Source: an uncultured Frankiaceae bacterium (GTDB lineage Bacteria; Actinomycetota; Actinomycetes; BP-191). From it: a stretch of DNA of 64,000 bases. Under the pieces are notes generated by a model that was not told where the DNA came from, ran no database searches, and saw only the letters and a program-made list of their open reading frames with translations. Below are positions 1 to 10,239 of this stretch, in pieces. The position numbers were made by a program, and so were the translations under genes. The stretch spans positions 52,227-116,226 of the forward strand of contig CAZYXZ010000003.1 in the NCBI GenBank assembly GCA_964651395.1, read 5' to 3'. How positions within the stretch are numbered: the stretch's first letter is position 1; each line of letters starts with the position of its first letter.

Positions 1-565
1 TCGTGGCTGCGGCGACACCGAGACACCCTGCGGCAAGCCAGCCGTGCTGCGGGGTTCTGGACAGCGCCGCGACGGCGACGGCGACGAGCGCGATCGCCAT
101 GGGGTCGTCCAGGTGGCCCCAGCGAGCGGCGTAGATCGACCAGGTTCCGGCGACGGCGCCACTGGCCAGGAACATCGCCAGGCGGTAGCCGGTCGCTTGG
201 CGATCGTCGCCGCGGCGATGCGCCGCAAGGTCGACGGCAGCGATCGCGCCCACAGACATGAGCGCCATGCCCATGGTGATGACGAACTTCATGCGCAGGG
301 CCGTCAGCCCGCCCAGCAACGCTCCGATGATCAGTGCCGGCGGGCCGATCTGGATGTGCGGGTTGTCGACGTAGACGTGCAGACGAGGGTCCGTGAACGC
401 GGTGAGGGGGCCGTGATGGTGGTTCAGGGTGTACGCGCCGACCAGGAAGATGACGAAGTCGTTGTTCAGGTACTTCGTCTGCTCGAACCCGACCCACGCC
501 AGGACGCACGCGATGGCAGCGAGCAGCACGTAGCGCACCGTCGTGGACAGCGCTGACGTCCCCAC
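1..565 (-). CDS. Hypothetical polytopic membrane protein, partial (C-terminus beyond window start)
   Basis: Reverse-strand reading from ~565 gives a long hydrophobic open frame (VGTSALSTTVRYVLLAAIACVLAWVGFEQ...ALIIGALLGGLTALRMKFVITMGMALMSVGAIAAVDL...). GTG start at 565 is preceded by a GGGGAG RBS. It runs off the window, so it is absent from the ORF track. The overlapping + ORF 44..556 is R/D-rich junk. Confidence 0.5.
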   Translation of the reverse strand, partial: MGTSALSTTVRYVLLAAIACVLAWVGFEQTKYLNNDFVIFLVGAYTLNHHHGPLTAFTDPRLHVYVDNPHIQIGPPALIIGALLGGLTALRMKFVITMGMALMSVGAIAAVDLAAHRRGDDRQATGYRLAMFLASGAVAGTWSIYAARWGHLDDPMAIALVAVAVAALSRTPQHGWLAAGCLGVAAAT

Positions 566-581
566 AGGTGACTCCCCGCCG

Positions 582-1310
<729 letters not shown>

Positions 1311-1395
1311 GAACGGAAGCGTAGCGACACCCGCCACTTTCAAGATCGGCCAGATAGCGCAACGATGCCGATGTGGGGGCAGATGAGGAGGGCAC

Positions 1396-1749
1396 ATGGC
1401 TGGGATCGCAGGCGGCAGCTTCGAGAAGCCGGACGAGACCCGTACGTTCAGCCACGGCAAGGTGGACGTGATCACGCTCAACGGGCACACCGTGGGCCGC
1501 GCCGAGTTCGAGCCCGGCTGGAAGTGGTCGGAGTGCGTCAAGCCGATCGCCGGGACCGACTCCTGCCAGGCCCTCCACGTCGGCTTCTCCCTGGCCGGGC
1601 GCATGCACATCGTGCACAACGACGGCACCGAGTCCGACGCCGAAGCCGGCGACGTCTACGTGATCGAGCCGGGCCACGACGCGTGGGTCGTCGGCGACGA
1701 GACGTTCGTCGGCCTCGAGTTCCAGAGCGCCGCGACGTACGCGAAGTAG
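1396..1749 (+). CDS. Cupin domain protein
   Basis: 117-aa ORF with a two-His cupin-like core (GHTVGRAEFEPGWKW...HIVHNDGTESD...GDVYVIEPGHDAWVV). Confidence 0.65.
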   Translation: MAGIAGGSFEKPDETRTFSHGKVDVITLNGHTVGRAEFEPGWKWSECVKPIAGTDSCQALHVGFSLAGRMHIVHNDGTESDAEAGDVYVIEPGHDAWVVGDETFVGLEFQSAATYAK

Positions 1750-1775
1750 GTCGCGTACGCGCGGCGCCCCGGCAG

Positions 1776-2054
1776 CTACGCGACTTCCGCCGTGGTCGGG
1801 TCGATGACCGTCCGGACTCGCTGGGTGGCGTCCACGGGGAACCCGCCGGCCTTGCCGTGCTCCTCGACGGTCGCCACGTCGTCGGCGATGTAGACGCAGA
1901 ACAGCTTGTCGTCGGTCACGTACGTGTGGAGCCACTGAGCCCGCCCTGACATCGCGTCGAGGATCTCGTTGGACTTCTGCGAGATCCCCTGCAGCTCGTC
2001 GGCGGTGAGCTTGCCGGCGCCCGGCAGCGTGCGCTCGATCACGAACTTCGGCAT
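1776..2054 (-). CDS. DUF4242-like small protein
   Basis: 93-aa core MPKFVIERTLPGAGKLTADELQGISQKSNEILDAMSGRAQWLHTYVTDDKLFCVYIADDV...; an internal ATG was chosen over the longer ORF 1776..2195. Confidence 0.55.
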   Translation of the reverse strand: MPKFVIERTLPGAGKLTADELQGISQKSNEILDAMSGRAQWLHTYVTDDKLFCVYIADDVATVEEHGKAGGFPVDATQRVRTVIDPTTAEVA

Positions 2055-2175
2055 GGCCGTCTCCCTTGCGTCGACCCAGCGTGCCTGGGTGCCTGGTTGC
2101 GATGTCCCGAGTGTTGATGCGCGCACACCAGCGGGGAATGATCGCCGCACCGCCGTACCTGACCGGGAAGCCACG

Positions 2176-3147
2176 ATGGCAGTCAGCGAGAACACACCCG
2201 CGCCCCTGCAGTCCGCGCTGCAGCAGGTCCGGCTCGATGGTGCGATCTTCTTCCGGTCGGAGTTCAGCGAGGCGTGGGCCTACGAGTCTCCCGAGCCGAC
2301 GATCGTGTGCAGCATCCTGCGACCGGACGCCAGCCGGTTGCTCATGTTTCACATCGTCGCGGCCGGTCGATGCTGGATCGCGCTCGCCGACGGCGAGCGG
2401 CACTGGGCCAGCCGCGGCGACGTCATCGTCATCCCGTACGGCGACCAGCACTGGGTGGGCGGGGAGACTCCGACCGATCCGGTGCCCATCCTCGACCTCT
2501 TCGACGCACCGCCCTGGGACACGATGCCCGTCCTGCGTTACGGCGCAGGCGGCGAGCGCACCGACATCGTCTGCGGCTACTTGCATTCCGAGGATCCGCT
2601 GTTCAACCCGGCGATGGGCGCGCTGCCACCGCTCTTCGTGGTGCGGCCGGAAGGACCAGCCGCGCAGTGGGTCGAGTCGAGCATCCAGTTCGCCCTGGCC
2701 AGCACCACACCGGACCGACCGGCCGAGCTCGACTCCACGCGCCTGCCCGAGCTGCTGCTCATCGAGATCCTGCGCATCCACCTCGCCAGCGCGCCCGCCG
2801 CGGAGCGCGGCTGGATCGCGGCACTGCGCGACCCGGTGCTGGCTCCGGCCATGGCGGCCATGCACGCCGACCCGAGCCGCAAGTGGACGGTCGCTGACCT
2901 GGCCACCACGTGCCTGGTCTCGCGCTCACTCCTCGACGAGCGGTTCCGGGCGATGCTCGGACGTTCCCCGATCCGCTATCTCGCCGACTGGCGCATGCAC
3001 ATCGCCGAGGAGCTCCTCGCGACGACCGAGCTGTCCGTGGCCGCGGTCGCGCGCCGGGTCGGCTACGACGCCGAGGAGGCGTTCAGCCGCGCGTTCAAGC
3101 GCGCGCACGGCGAAGCGCCGAGTGTCTGGCGCGCCGCTCGGGCGTAG
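2176..3147 (+). CDS. AraC family transcriptional regulator (N-terminal cupin-like sensor + C-terminal HTH)
   Basis: C-terminal AraC HTH signature (LADWRMHIAEELLATTELSVAAVARRVGYDAEEAFSRAFKRAHGEAPSVWR). Start is placed at ATG 2176 (MAVSENTPAPL...). Confidence 0.8.
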   Translation: MAVSENTPAPLQSALQQVRLDGAIFFRSEFSEAWAYESPEPTIVCSILRPDASRLLMFHIVAAGRCWIALADGERHWASRGDVIVIPYGDQHWVGGETPTDPVPILDLFDAPPWDTMPVLRYGAGGERTDIVCGYLHSEDPLFNPAMGALPPLFVVRPEGPAAQWVESSIQFALASTTPDRPAELDSTRLPELLLIEILRIHLASAPAAERGWIAALRDPVLAPAMAAMHADPSRKWTVADLATTCLVSRSLLDERFRAMLGRSPIRYLADWRMHIAEELLATTELSVAAVARRVGYDAEEAFSRAFKRAHGEAPSVWRAARA

Positions 3148-3173
3148 TCTCCGGCGCAACGGAGGGGGATGGC

Positions 3174-4664
3174 ATGACCACCGAGCCACCAGCAGGTCCA
3201 CCTCAGGGACCACAGTCCGGACCGCCATCGGGACCACCGTCCGGGCCGCCCTCGGGTCCGCCCTCCGGTCCGCCGTCCGGGCCGCCCTCGGGTCCGCCGG
3301 CCGCGACTCCCTCCGGACCACCCCCCGCATCGCCCTCGGGACCGCCGCCTGGACCACCCGCGGCGGCGCCCCGCGCCGGCAGCAGCTGGCTCCAGCCGCC
3401 CCAACGCAACTGGCTCGCGCTCGTGGTGGTGCTGGCCCTGGTCGGCGGGTTCCTGCTCACGCGTGACGACGAGGCCGGCGGGGGCGAGATCTTCCTGCAG
3501 CCGGTGACCGAGCCGGGCCCCGACCCGTTCAGTCCGTCGGTCGCCCAACCGCGACCGACCGCCTCCCCGTCGCTGCCACAGGGCACCGGCGGACCGTTCG
3601 CGAGCCCCAGCCAGACGCCGACCGACTCGCCGACAGGCCTGCCTACCCCGTCGACGACGCCATCGCCCGACGCCACGCTGACCGCCGGCTCGACGAGCGG
3701 ACCGATCAGCGTCACCGCGAAGTCCGGCGCGACGCCGGGGCTCTACGGCGGGACGCGCGACCAGCAGAGCTGCAACAAGCAGCAGATGATCGCCTTCCTC
3801 GATGCGAACCCGGACAAGAAGGCCGCCTGGGCCGCCGCCCAGGGCATCAGCCCGGCAGAGGTCAGTGGCTACATCGCCGGGCTGGTCGACGGAGAGGTGA
3901 CCGGCAACATCCGCGTGACCAACCACGGCTTCAAGGGCGGCCGGGCCAACCCGTTCCAGGCGATCCTGCAGCACGGCACCGCCGTACTCATCGACAACCG
4001 CGGGCTGCCGCGGGCCCGATGCGCCTGCGGCAACCCCCTGACGCCGCCCAAGGCAGTGTCCACGAAGCCGCGCTACCGCGGCACGCCGTGGGGCGGGCTC
4101 TCGCCGACGAACATCACCGTCATCAACCAGAGCACGACGGTGATCAACGTCATCACCCTCATCGACATCAACACGGGGACCCCCTTCGGCCGTCAGCCGG
4201 GCGGGGTGGACCTGCCGCTCCCAGGCGGCGGCTCCCCGTTCCCGACCTCGCCCGCCACCTCGGGCCCGACGACCGGAACGGGTGGTTTCCGCCTGGTCGC
4301 GGTGAAGGACAACAGCGACAGCTACCGCGCGAACTGGCGGGTCAACGCCAACGCCGGCACAGCTCACATCGAGGGGCCCGGCTACACCGGCGACTACACG
4401 TGGACCGTGCCGCAGACGCTCGACGCACTCGGTACCACCCTGCGCTACGGCGGTACGTCGACCGGCAACTACGCGATCAGCATCAAGCCCTACAACAAGA
4501 GCGGGATCACACTGAACCCGAGCAGCGAGGACGAGCTGCACGCCTACGCGCCGAACTCGGTCAGCAAGGAGGCCGTCGTGACGGTGACCGGCGACGCGAC
4601 GGAGGTCGTGCTGGCCTACTCGATGGGCTTCGCCATCAACGTCGAGTACACGTACCGGCGCTGA
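3174..4664 (+). CDS. Proline-rich membrane-anchored protein with (PPSG)n N-terminus and a large extracytoplasmic domain
   Basis: ATG 3174 follows a GGAGGGGG RBS. The N-terminus is MTTEPPAGPPQGPQSGPPSGPPSGPPSGPPSGPP..., followed by one TM helix (WLALVVVLALVGGFLLT) and then a ~400-aa domain. The overlapping minus ORFs 3063..4541 and 3203..3715 are antisense artefacts. Confidence 0.65.
   Translation: MTTEPPAGPPQGPQSGPPSGPPSGPPSGPPSGPPSGPPSGPPAATPSGPPPASPSGPPPGPPAAAPRAGSSWLQPPQRNWLALVVVLALVGGFLLTRDDEAGGGEIFLQPVTEPGPDPFSPSVAQPRPTASPSLPQGTGGPFASPSQTPTDSPTGLPTPSTTPSPDATLTAGSTSGPISVTAKSGATPGLYGGTRDQQSCNKQQMIAFLDANPDKKAAWAAAQGISPAEVSGYIAGLVDGEVTGNIRVTNHGFKGGRANPFQAILQHGTAVLIDNRGLPRARCACGNPLTPPKAVSTKPRYRGTPWGGLSPTNITVINQSTTVINVITLIDINTGTPFGRQPGGVDLPLPGGGSPFPTSPATSGPTTGTGGFRLVAVKDNSDSYRANWRVNANAGTAHIEGPGYTGDYTWTVPQTLDALGTTLRYGGTSTGNYAISIKPYNKSGITLNPSSEDELHAYAPNSVSKEAVVTVTGDATEVVLAYSMGFAINVEYTYRR
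3205..3300 (+). repeat. Tandem 12-nt repeats encoding (PPSG)n
   Basis: Repeated ccgccgtccgggccgccctcgggtccgccctccggtccg units are visible inside the CDS. Confidence 0.6.
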
Positions 4665-4699
4665 GGTCCGCGCGAGGTTTGTCGCCGTAGGCTGCCGGC

Positions 4700-4978
4700 A
4701 TGGAGGACATCGCTCGCGATTACGCCGCGCAGTTCGGTGGGGACTTCCAGTCGCTCATCGTGCCGGTGGTCGGCGCGGCCGTGCTGCTGGTCGTCGCCAA
4801 GGCGCTGTTCAAGGGTGCGCTCAAGGGCGTCGCGATCGGGCTGATCGTCAGCGCGCTCCTGGTTGTCGGACTCGCCGCGGCTGCCGTCGGCGTGGCGCGC
4901 TCCTCCTGCCGGACGCTGGAGACGAAGGACCCCCGCGCCTACGCCGCCGCGCGTTGCGACCAGATCCTCGGCCGCTGA
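4700..4978 (+). CDS. Small hydrophobic membrane protein
   Basis: 92 aa with two predicted TM segments (VPVVGAAVLLVVAKALF; IGLIVSALLVVGLAAAAVGVA). Confidence 0.4.
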   Translation: MEDIARDYAAQFGGDFQSLIVPVVGAAVLLVVAKALFKGALKGVAIGLIVSALLVVGLAAAAVGVARSSCRTLETKDPRAYAAARCDQILGR

Positions 4979-4982
4979 CGCG

Positions 4983-6389
4983 CTAGCCCGCCTGTGCCGC
5001 CAGCCACGCGGCGGCCGACTTCGCGCGGGCTCTCAGGTCCGCGGCGCCCTCGGGGAGCAGGACACCGCTGCGCAAGGAGGCCTGGACCGCGGTCTCGAAC
5101 TTCCTCGAGAACGCCGCCGGCGAGGGGTAGAGCTCCTTCAGCGTCGCGGCGTCGAACACGCGGGTAGTGCCCTTCAACGCCGCGAAGCCGCCGGCCACAC
5201 CGCACGGGTCGTTCGTCGGCGCCATGTTGAGGCCGGTGAAGTACGACGCGATCGGCACCTCCATGTACGGCAGCCGGACGCCGCCGAGCATGTTGCCCCG
5301 CGCGTCGAACAACCGAGTGCCGTCGGCGGCGCGGGCCGCGCGGGGCTGCGGCTTGGGCGCGCGGCCGGTCCGAACCCACTGGTCGAGTGCCACGAGCGAC
5401 GCCGACCAGACCCACGTGGAGGAGATGTAGTTGGCGCTCAGGCACTCGCCGGCCGCCTTCTGATAGCCCCAGGCCAGGGCGTCGACCGGGTCGTACGAAC
5501 CGACGCTGCGATTGCTCGCGGAGTACTGCAGCACCGCGTCCTGGTAGCGGTCGCTGCCATAGCTCGTGTGCCCCGGGCCAGCCAGCTCCCAGAGCCGGAA
5601 CCGGCCGCTGTCGGGAGGAACCGGCTGCGCCGGGACCTCGGCCTGGCTGTTCACCCAGAGGATGGGAGCGAGGTCGCGGCGTACCTCCTCGGCGCCGATG
5701 ATCTGGGGGCTGAAGCCGTCGAAGACGCGGGCCGACTCGTGCACCTCGTTGATGTAGGACTTCAACCGGCTGGCCGACTGCGAGGCGCCGACCGCGAGCC
5801 GGCGCGCCACGCGCGGGCGCAGCGGGCCGAGCACCGTGGGGTGCACCGCTGCCTGCGCGGCCTGCGAGAAGATGTCGAAGGAGTAGTCGTCGCCCGGGTG
5901 GCTGAGCGAGCCGTAGCGGACCGGGTCGTACTGCTTCAGCGCGATCGGGCTGGCCTCGATGCTCAGCCTCTGCGCGGCCACCGCGACGTAGACGAAGCCT
6001 CTGTTCATGATCGTTCGGTGCATCGGCGCCCAGGACACGTCCTTGTCGAACGCGAGGGTGACGTTGTTCCAGTCGACGATCACGGTGCCGTTGAAGGCGC
6101 GGGGGTCGGTCGGTCGTCGTACCAGGATCCGGCTCTTGTACGGCGTCGTCCGGCTCTCCTCGGTCACGGTCCTCGCCATGCCCTCGAAGAAGAACTCCTG
6201 CTCGATCCAGCCCTTGTCGAGCGGCACCATCGTGCGGCCGAACGGCTCGCCGGTCCGGATGCCCCCGCTGACCGGTCCGCTGACGATCGGCACGGGGACG
6301 CTCGAGCCCCTCGCCGGCGCGGCGACGCCACCATGCGCCAGACCCTCCGCGCACAGCACCAGCGCGGTCACACCGACCAGCCAGGTCAT
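4983..6389 (-). CDS. Secreted hypothetical protein (~470 aa; hydrolase-like)
   Basis: Signal-peptide-like N-terminus MTWLVGVTALVLCAEGLAHGG followed by a long non-repetitive ORF. The overlapping + ORF 4863..6641 is R/G-rich antisense. Confidence 0.6.
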   Translation of the reverse strand: MTWLVGVTALVLCAEGLAHGGVAAPARGSSVPVPIVSGPVSGGIRTGEPFGRTMVPLDKGWIEQEFFFEGMARTVTEESRTTPYKSRILVRRPTDPRAFNGTVIVDWNNVTLAFDKDVSWAPMHRTIMNRGFVYVAVAAQRLSIEASPIALKQYDPVRYGSLSHPGDDYSFDIFSQAAQAAVHPTVLGPLRPRVARRLAVGASQSASRLKSYINEVHESARVFDGFSPQIIGAEEVRRDLAPILWVNSQAEVPAQPVPPDSGRFRLWELAGPGHTSYGSDRYQDAVLQYSASNRSVGSYDPVDALAWGYQKAAGECLSANYISSTWVWSASLVALDQWVRTGRAPKPQPRAARAADGTRLFDARGNMLGGVRLPYMEVPIASYFTGLNMAPTNDPCGVAGGFAALKGTTRVFDAATLKELYPSPAAFSRKFETAVQASLRSGVLLPEGAADLRARAKSAAAWLAAQAG

Positions 6390-6457
6390 CCGGTTGCTTC
6401 GCACGTCCGGCACTTCACCGTGCGGCCGCTCGTTCCTGCCGGGAGCAACCGTCGAGG

Positions 6458-6859
6458 TCAGGACTCGTTCAGGCTCACGGCGGCCTTGATGAGGTTGATG
6501 AAGGCCTTCTCGTCGAGCTTCTCACCCTCGCGCACGTCGATCGCGCGCCGGGTGTTGCCGTCGAGGCTCGAGTTGAACAGGCCGGTCGGGTCCGGCAGTG
6601 ACGCACCCTTCATGAAGGTCAGCTTCACGACGCTCTGGTAGGTCTCGCCGGTGCAGATCATCCCGTTGTGGGACCAGATCGGGACCCCCGGGCTCGATGC
6701 CTTCTGGTACTTCCACTCCTCGACCACGTCGGGGTCGGCCTTCTTGATGAGGCCACGCAGCGTGGCGAGCGTCTTGCCGCGCCAGTCGCCCAGCTCGTTG
6801 ATCCGTGCGTCGATCTGTTGAGAAGGGGACTCGTTCCTGCCCGCGGCGTTCTTCGTCAT
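6458..6859 (-). CDS. DUF1801-like domain protein
   Basis: 133 aa (INELGDWRGKTLATLRGLIKKADPDVVEEWKYQKASSPGVPIWSHNGMICTGETYQSVVKLTFMKGASL) is typical of the DUF1801/YdhG-like family. Confidence 0.6.
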   Translation of the reverse strand: MTKNAAGRNESPSQQIDARINELGDWRGKTLATLRGLIKKADPDVVEEWKYQKASSPGVPIWSHNGMICTGETYQSVVKLTFMKGASLPDPTGLFNSSLDGNTRRAIDVREGEKLDEKAFINLIKAAVSLNES

Positions 6860-8151
6860 CGGGCTGGTCTACCACACCAACGTCTGGTCACTACGGCGAC
6901 AGAGACCAGCAGCAGCGCGACCGGTAGCGCACTGTCCGAACCGGTCGCGGGGAGCGGCTCCGCGGCGCGTGGTGGGAGAGGCGGGGGCTGCGACGGCGCG
7001 CCCGGACCGGCGGCGGCGCCGGTGAGGTCGAGCAGCAGGATGCCGTCGCCCTCGCCCTCCTCACCTTCCACCTTGAGCCCGAAGGCGATCAGCCTCCCGT
7101 CCGGTGAGACCACCGGGTTGTTGGCGCCGAAGCCCCGGTAGTAGTCGAACGTCGTCAACCGTTCGAAGGCGCCGCTGCCGTCCAGCGGAAGTCGCCAGAT
7201 GTCGAGCATGCCCGGGAACAGCGTGACGGTGAGGTCGCGCTCCACGAGCACGTAGCGGCCGGCCGGGTCGGCGCCCTCGGCCTCCTCGTAGTACGGCGAG
7301 GTGGGTGCGTAGTCGGTGACCGCACCGGTGTCGAGGTTGACGCCCATTGCCTGGCCGCCGTTGTGGAAGTACGCCGAGAAGAGCAGCTCGTCGTCGGGGT
7401 CGGCGTCGCCGTCGTCGAGCCGCCGGAAGTCCTGCGCCTCGACCGCCGGCGTGTCCGGCGAGACGTCGCGCTTGTCGAGGACCACGCTCCGGTCGACAAC
7501 GGACGCTGCGCCGTCGGCGGCGTACGCGATCCGACCGGTGAGCACCTGGGACTCGCCGATGAGTGCCTCGACGAAGACGTCCGGCACTTTGGCGAAGTCG
7601 ATGCTCGACTGGTTCCAGGCGATGCGCGTGGAGCCCGGCTGCTTCGAGACCGCGATGCCCTCCCAGCAGCTCTCATCGCCCAGCCGGACCGGCGGCCGCG
7701 AGCCGAGGGGTCGGGGCAGCAGCCAGAGCTTGCCCCGGAAGCGGTCGCCCTCGGCGTCGGTCTCGCTGCGCTCCGTCAGCGCGCAGAGGATCAGGTCGCC
7801 GTTGGAGAGGTGGTGCGCGCGCAGCACCCCGGCCGGCAGCGCAGCCCCGGTCAGGTTGCGGGGCGCTCCCCCTGCCAGCGCGTACTGCCACACGTCACCG
7901 ATCGGCGCGTCGAGGAACACGAGCCGCTTCCCGTCCGGCGACCAGTCGGCCCGCATCGGCCGGCGGTCGTCCGGCAGCCGGATGTCGAGCAGCCGGATGT
8001 TGTCCGGGAGGTGGTCCACCGGCGAGCCGTCGAGCGTCCCCTTGTTCGGGTCGAGGCTGACCGGGTTCTCCTGCGCGACGGTTCGCGCGCTCGGCATAGC
8101 CAGCACCGAGAGCACCGCGAGCAACCCCGCGAGCAGCCCGCTTCGACGCAT
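6856..8151 (-). CDS. Secreted beta-propeller (TolB/PD40-like) protein with C-terminal LPXTG sortase sorting signal
   Basis: N-terminal signal peptide MRRSGLLAGLLAVLSVLAMPSARTVAQ, with repeated DWSPDGKRLVF... and VVSPDGRLIAF motifs. The C-terminus is LPATGSDSALPVALLLVSVAVVTRRWCGRPAR: an LPATG, a hydrophobic stretch and a basic tail. Confidence 0.7.
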   Translation of the reverse strand: MRRSGLLAGLLAVLSVLAMPSARTVAQENPVSLDPNKGTLDGSPVDHLPDNIRLLDIRLPDDRRPMRADWSPDGKRLVFLDAPIGDVWQYALAGGAPRNLTGAALPAGVLRAHHLSNGDLILCALTERSETDAEGDRFRGKLWLLPRPLGSRPPVRLGDESCWEGIAVSKQPGSTRIAWNQSSIDFAKVPDVFVEALIGESQVLTGRIAYAADGAASVVDRSVVLDKRDVSPDTPAVEAQDFRRLDDGDADPDDELLFSAYFHNGGQAMGVNLDTGAVTDYAPTSPYYEEAEGADPAGRYVLVERDLTVTLFPGMLDIWRLPLDGSGAFERLTTFDYYRGFGANNPVVSPDGRLIAFGLKVEGEEGEGDGILLLDLTGAAAGPGAPSQPPPLPPRAAEPLPATGSDSALPVALLLVSVAVVTRRWCGRPAR

Positions 8152-8157
8152 CCGCAG

Positions 8158-9057
8158 TCAGCCGGTCGTCAGGTGGCGACCGTCCACCCAGCACTCCCAG
8201 CCGTTCTCGCACGTGACGTGCGCCCAGTCGCCGTGCCAGGAGTCGACCTGGACGGGCAGCGACGGGTCCAGCTGGGCCACCGGGCCGGGACCGATGTCGG
8301 CGGCGGAGTACGCCGGCAGCCCGGCCGAGGGCACGGTGTGCGTCGGCGCCCAGGCGCCGGCGGTGACCGGTGGCCCGCTGGGAGCGCTGGGTGCGCTGGG
8401 AGCCGGTGCCGTTCCGGCGGTGGCGAGCCGGGGTCCGCGGCCGCGGACGTAGTAGGCGCCGGCGGCCACGACCGCCGCGCCGGCGGCCGCCACCGGGAGT
8501 ACGCCCACGCCGGAGGAGTCGTCGTCCCCCGATGCGGCCGCCGACGGGGCGACACCGCCGTGCGTAGCGCCACCGCCGGCACCGCCTCCACCGCCGCCGG
8601 GCGCCGCGCCCGTGCGCGGGATCTGGAACCCGCCGACCGTGCCTTGATGTGGTCCGTCGAGCGCGTAGACCGTGCCGGTGAGGATCTCCTCGCCGAAGCG
8701 GAGGCTGGTCGAGAACCGGGTCGGCTCCTTCGTCTCGTTCCCGCAGGGGCCGAGCAGGTAGACGCCGCTGGCCTGCACCTCAGTGATGCTCGCGCCCACC
8801 TCGTACGCCTGGCCCTGCCACTGGGCCTGTACGCCGTAGCACATGGAGTTGTCGCTCTGGGAGTGCGCGAGGTAGTCCAGAGTGCCGCTGGAGTCCGTGG
8901 CGCCGAGGGTGAACTGAACGGTGTTGCGCTCGAAGTCGAGCCCGGCCGAGTTCGACATCTCGCCGGCGAAGACGCCGGTCTCCGGCTGCGCCACCGCCCC
9001 CGGTGCGACCAGCAGCACGAACGTGGCCCCGGCTCCGAGCACCCATCGAGTGACCAT
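8158..9057 (-). CDS. Secreted/membrane hypothetical protein
   Basis: Signal peptide MVTRWVLGAGATFVLLVAPGAVAQ, a Gly-rich linker, a predicted TM segment (VGVLPVAAAGAAVVAAGAYYV) and a Trp/Cys-containing C-terminal tail. The start is 6 nt downstream of the preceding gene's end. Confidence 0.55.
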   Translation of the reverse strand: MVTRWVLGAGATFVLLVAPGAVAQPETGVFAGEMSNSAGLDFERNTVQFTLGATDSSGTLDYLAHSQSDNSMCYGVQAQWQGQAYEVGASITEVQASGVYLLGPCGNETKEPTRFSTSLRFGEEILTGTVYALDGPHQGTVGGFQIPRTGAAPGGGGGGAGGGATHGGVAPSAAASGDDDSSGVGVLPVAAAGAAVVAAGAYYVRGRGPRLATAGTAPAPSAPSAPSGPPVTAGAWAPTHTVPSAGLPAYSAADIGPGPVAQLDPSLPVQVDSWHGDWAHVTCENGWECWVDGRHLTTG

Positions 9058-9096
9058 GCGCGTCCCCTCCAGTGCCGCAGGTTACCGACTCCGGTG

Positions 9097-10239
9097 CTAC
9101 CAGTCGCGGGCCAGTGCCGTCGACGGCCCGAGGTCGACCGTGTCGCCGTTGAGTCGGCGGCGGAACAACCGATCCGACTGCTCCCAGAGCAGGTCGCCGA
9201 GTGGACCCACCTGCGGATTGCGCAGGTTCCCGCTGTACGGCGACACGACCTGCTCGGTCTCGCGCCCGTCCGGATAGCGCAGGACGATCGAGCGCTGCCC
9301 GTCCAGCTCGGGGTAGCAGCACAGGTGAAGGAAGACGAGCGCGTCGTCGTACGCCTCGAGCTGGTACGGCGAGTGCTGCAGCGTGATGCGTTCACCGTCG
9401 TCGAGCGTCTCGTCCGTCGTCGTGTCGATGAGCCGCAGGACCGGGCTGCTCTCCCAGTCGAGGGTGACCCAGACCTGACGGCCGTCGTGGTGCCAGGCGT
9501 GGTCGGTGAAGATGTTCGGACCCTCGTTGTTGTCCGCCTGGCCGAACTCCTCGGTGTTGCGGATTCGCTTCACCATGCCCGTCTGCAGGTCGCGGACCAC
9601 GAGAGCCTGCTCCGTGGCCGGACCTCCGCACTTCGAGCGGTAGGCGAGGAGCCTCCCGTTCGGGCTGACCTGGGGATCGATGCCCCGCTCGAGGCGAACG
9701 ACGCGCGGCGTCGGGGTGAGATCGATTCGCGTCATCGGACGCTCTTCCTCGCACGAGGGGTTCCAGGCATCACCGCTCGGGCTGGAGACGTACACCGCCT
9801 TGCGGTCCGGCGTGAGCTCGATCGCGGCGCCCGGACCGCCGTACGGGAGGCCGGTCGCGAGGGTGTCGGTCACCTGCCCGGTCTCTGCGGACACGACCAC
9901 GGCACGGCCGTCCGGCAGCAGGGCGACGAACTGGTCCTGGCTCAGTGCTTGCGGCTCCTCGGCCGGGGCTGAAGTCGACGTCGGTGCCGGCTCGGTGGTT
10001 GCGGACGGCTGCGGCGTGCCGCTCGTGATCGGCACCACCGCGAGCCCGTCGCCGCGCGTCGTCGTGACGACGGCGATGGTCGCCACAACGGCCATCGCGC
10101 TGGCCCCCGCGGTCGCGAGCCAGAGCCGCTGCCGCTGGCGGCGAGCCCTGGCCAGCACGCCGGCGTAGGCGGCCGGGTCCGGCGTGACGGCGGAGGCCCG
10201 TGCCTCCAATGCGTCACGGAGCCGGTTTTCGGTGCTCAT
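9097..10239 (-). CDS. Putative anti-sigma factor: cytoplasmic N-terminus, one TM helix, extracytoplasmic beta-propeller-like domain
   Basis: It overlaps the upstream ECF sigma gene by 4 nt (ATGA). The TM segment is LWLATAGASAMAVVATIAVVTT, followed by a Pro/Thr-rich linker and an extracytoplasmic domain. Confidence 0.6.
   Translation of the reverse strand: MSTENRLRDALEARASAVTPDPAAYAGVLARARRQRQRLWLATAGASAMAVVATIAVVTTTRGDGLAVVPITSGTPQPSATTEPAPTSTSAPAEEPQALSQDQFVALLPDGRAVVVSAETGQVTDTLATGLPYGGPGAAIELTPDRKAVYVSSPSGDAWNPSCEEERPMTRIDLTPTPRVVRLERGIDPQVSPNGRLLAYRSKCGGPATEQALVVRDLQTGMVKRIRNTEEFGQADNNEGPNIFTDHAWHHDGRQVWVTLDWESSPVLRLIDTTTDETLDDGERITLQHSPYQLEAYDDALVFLHLCCYPELDGQRSIVLRYPDGRETEQVVSPYSGNLRNPQVGPLGDLLWEQSDRLFRRRLNGDTVDLGPSTALARDW

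Noticed and set aside
44-556. 170-aa + ORF at window start
   Set aside because: R/D/G-rich junk. The minus strand gives a convincing polytopic membrane protein with an RBS-GTG start at 565.
3063-4541. 492-aa minus-strand ORF and a nested 170-aa ORF overlapping the proline-rich membrane protein gene
   Set aside because: Extremely R/G/A-rich translation (RGRRTRGRPGR...), typical of antisense frames in 70% GC DNA. The + strand frame has an RBS, a TM helix and a coherent domain.
8158-9057. IPRTG in the 299-aa secreted protein as a sortase motif
   Set aside because: The motif is ~40 residues upstream of the hydrophobic segment, and ~80 residues follow the TM, unlike a C-terminal sorting signal.
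7363-9972. 869-aa + strand ORF (plus 7316..8452 and 8169..9395) spanning three minus-strand genes
   Set aside because: Low-complexity R/A/G/V composition and no start context. The opposite strand encodes three well-formed secreted proteins with signal peptides and an LPXTG motif.
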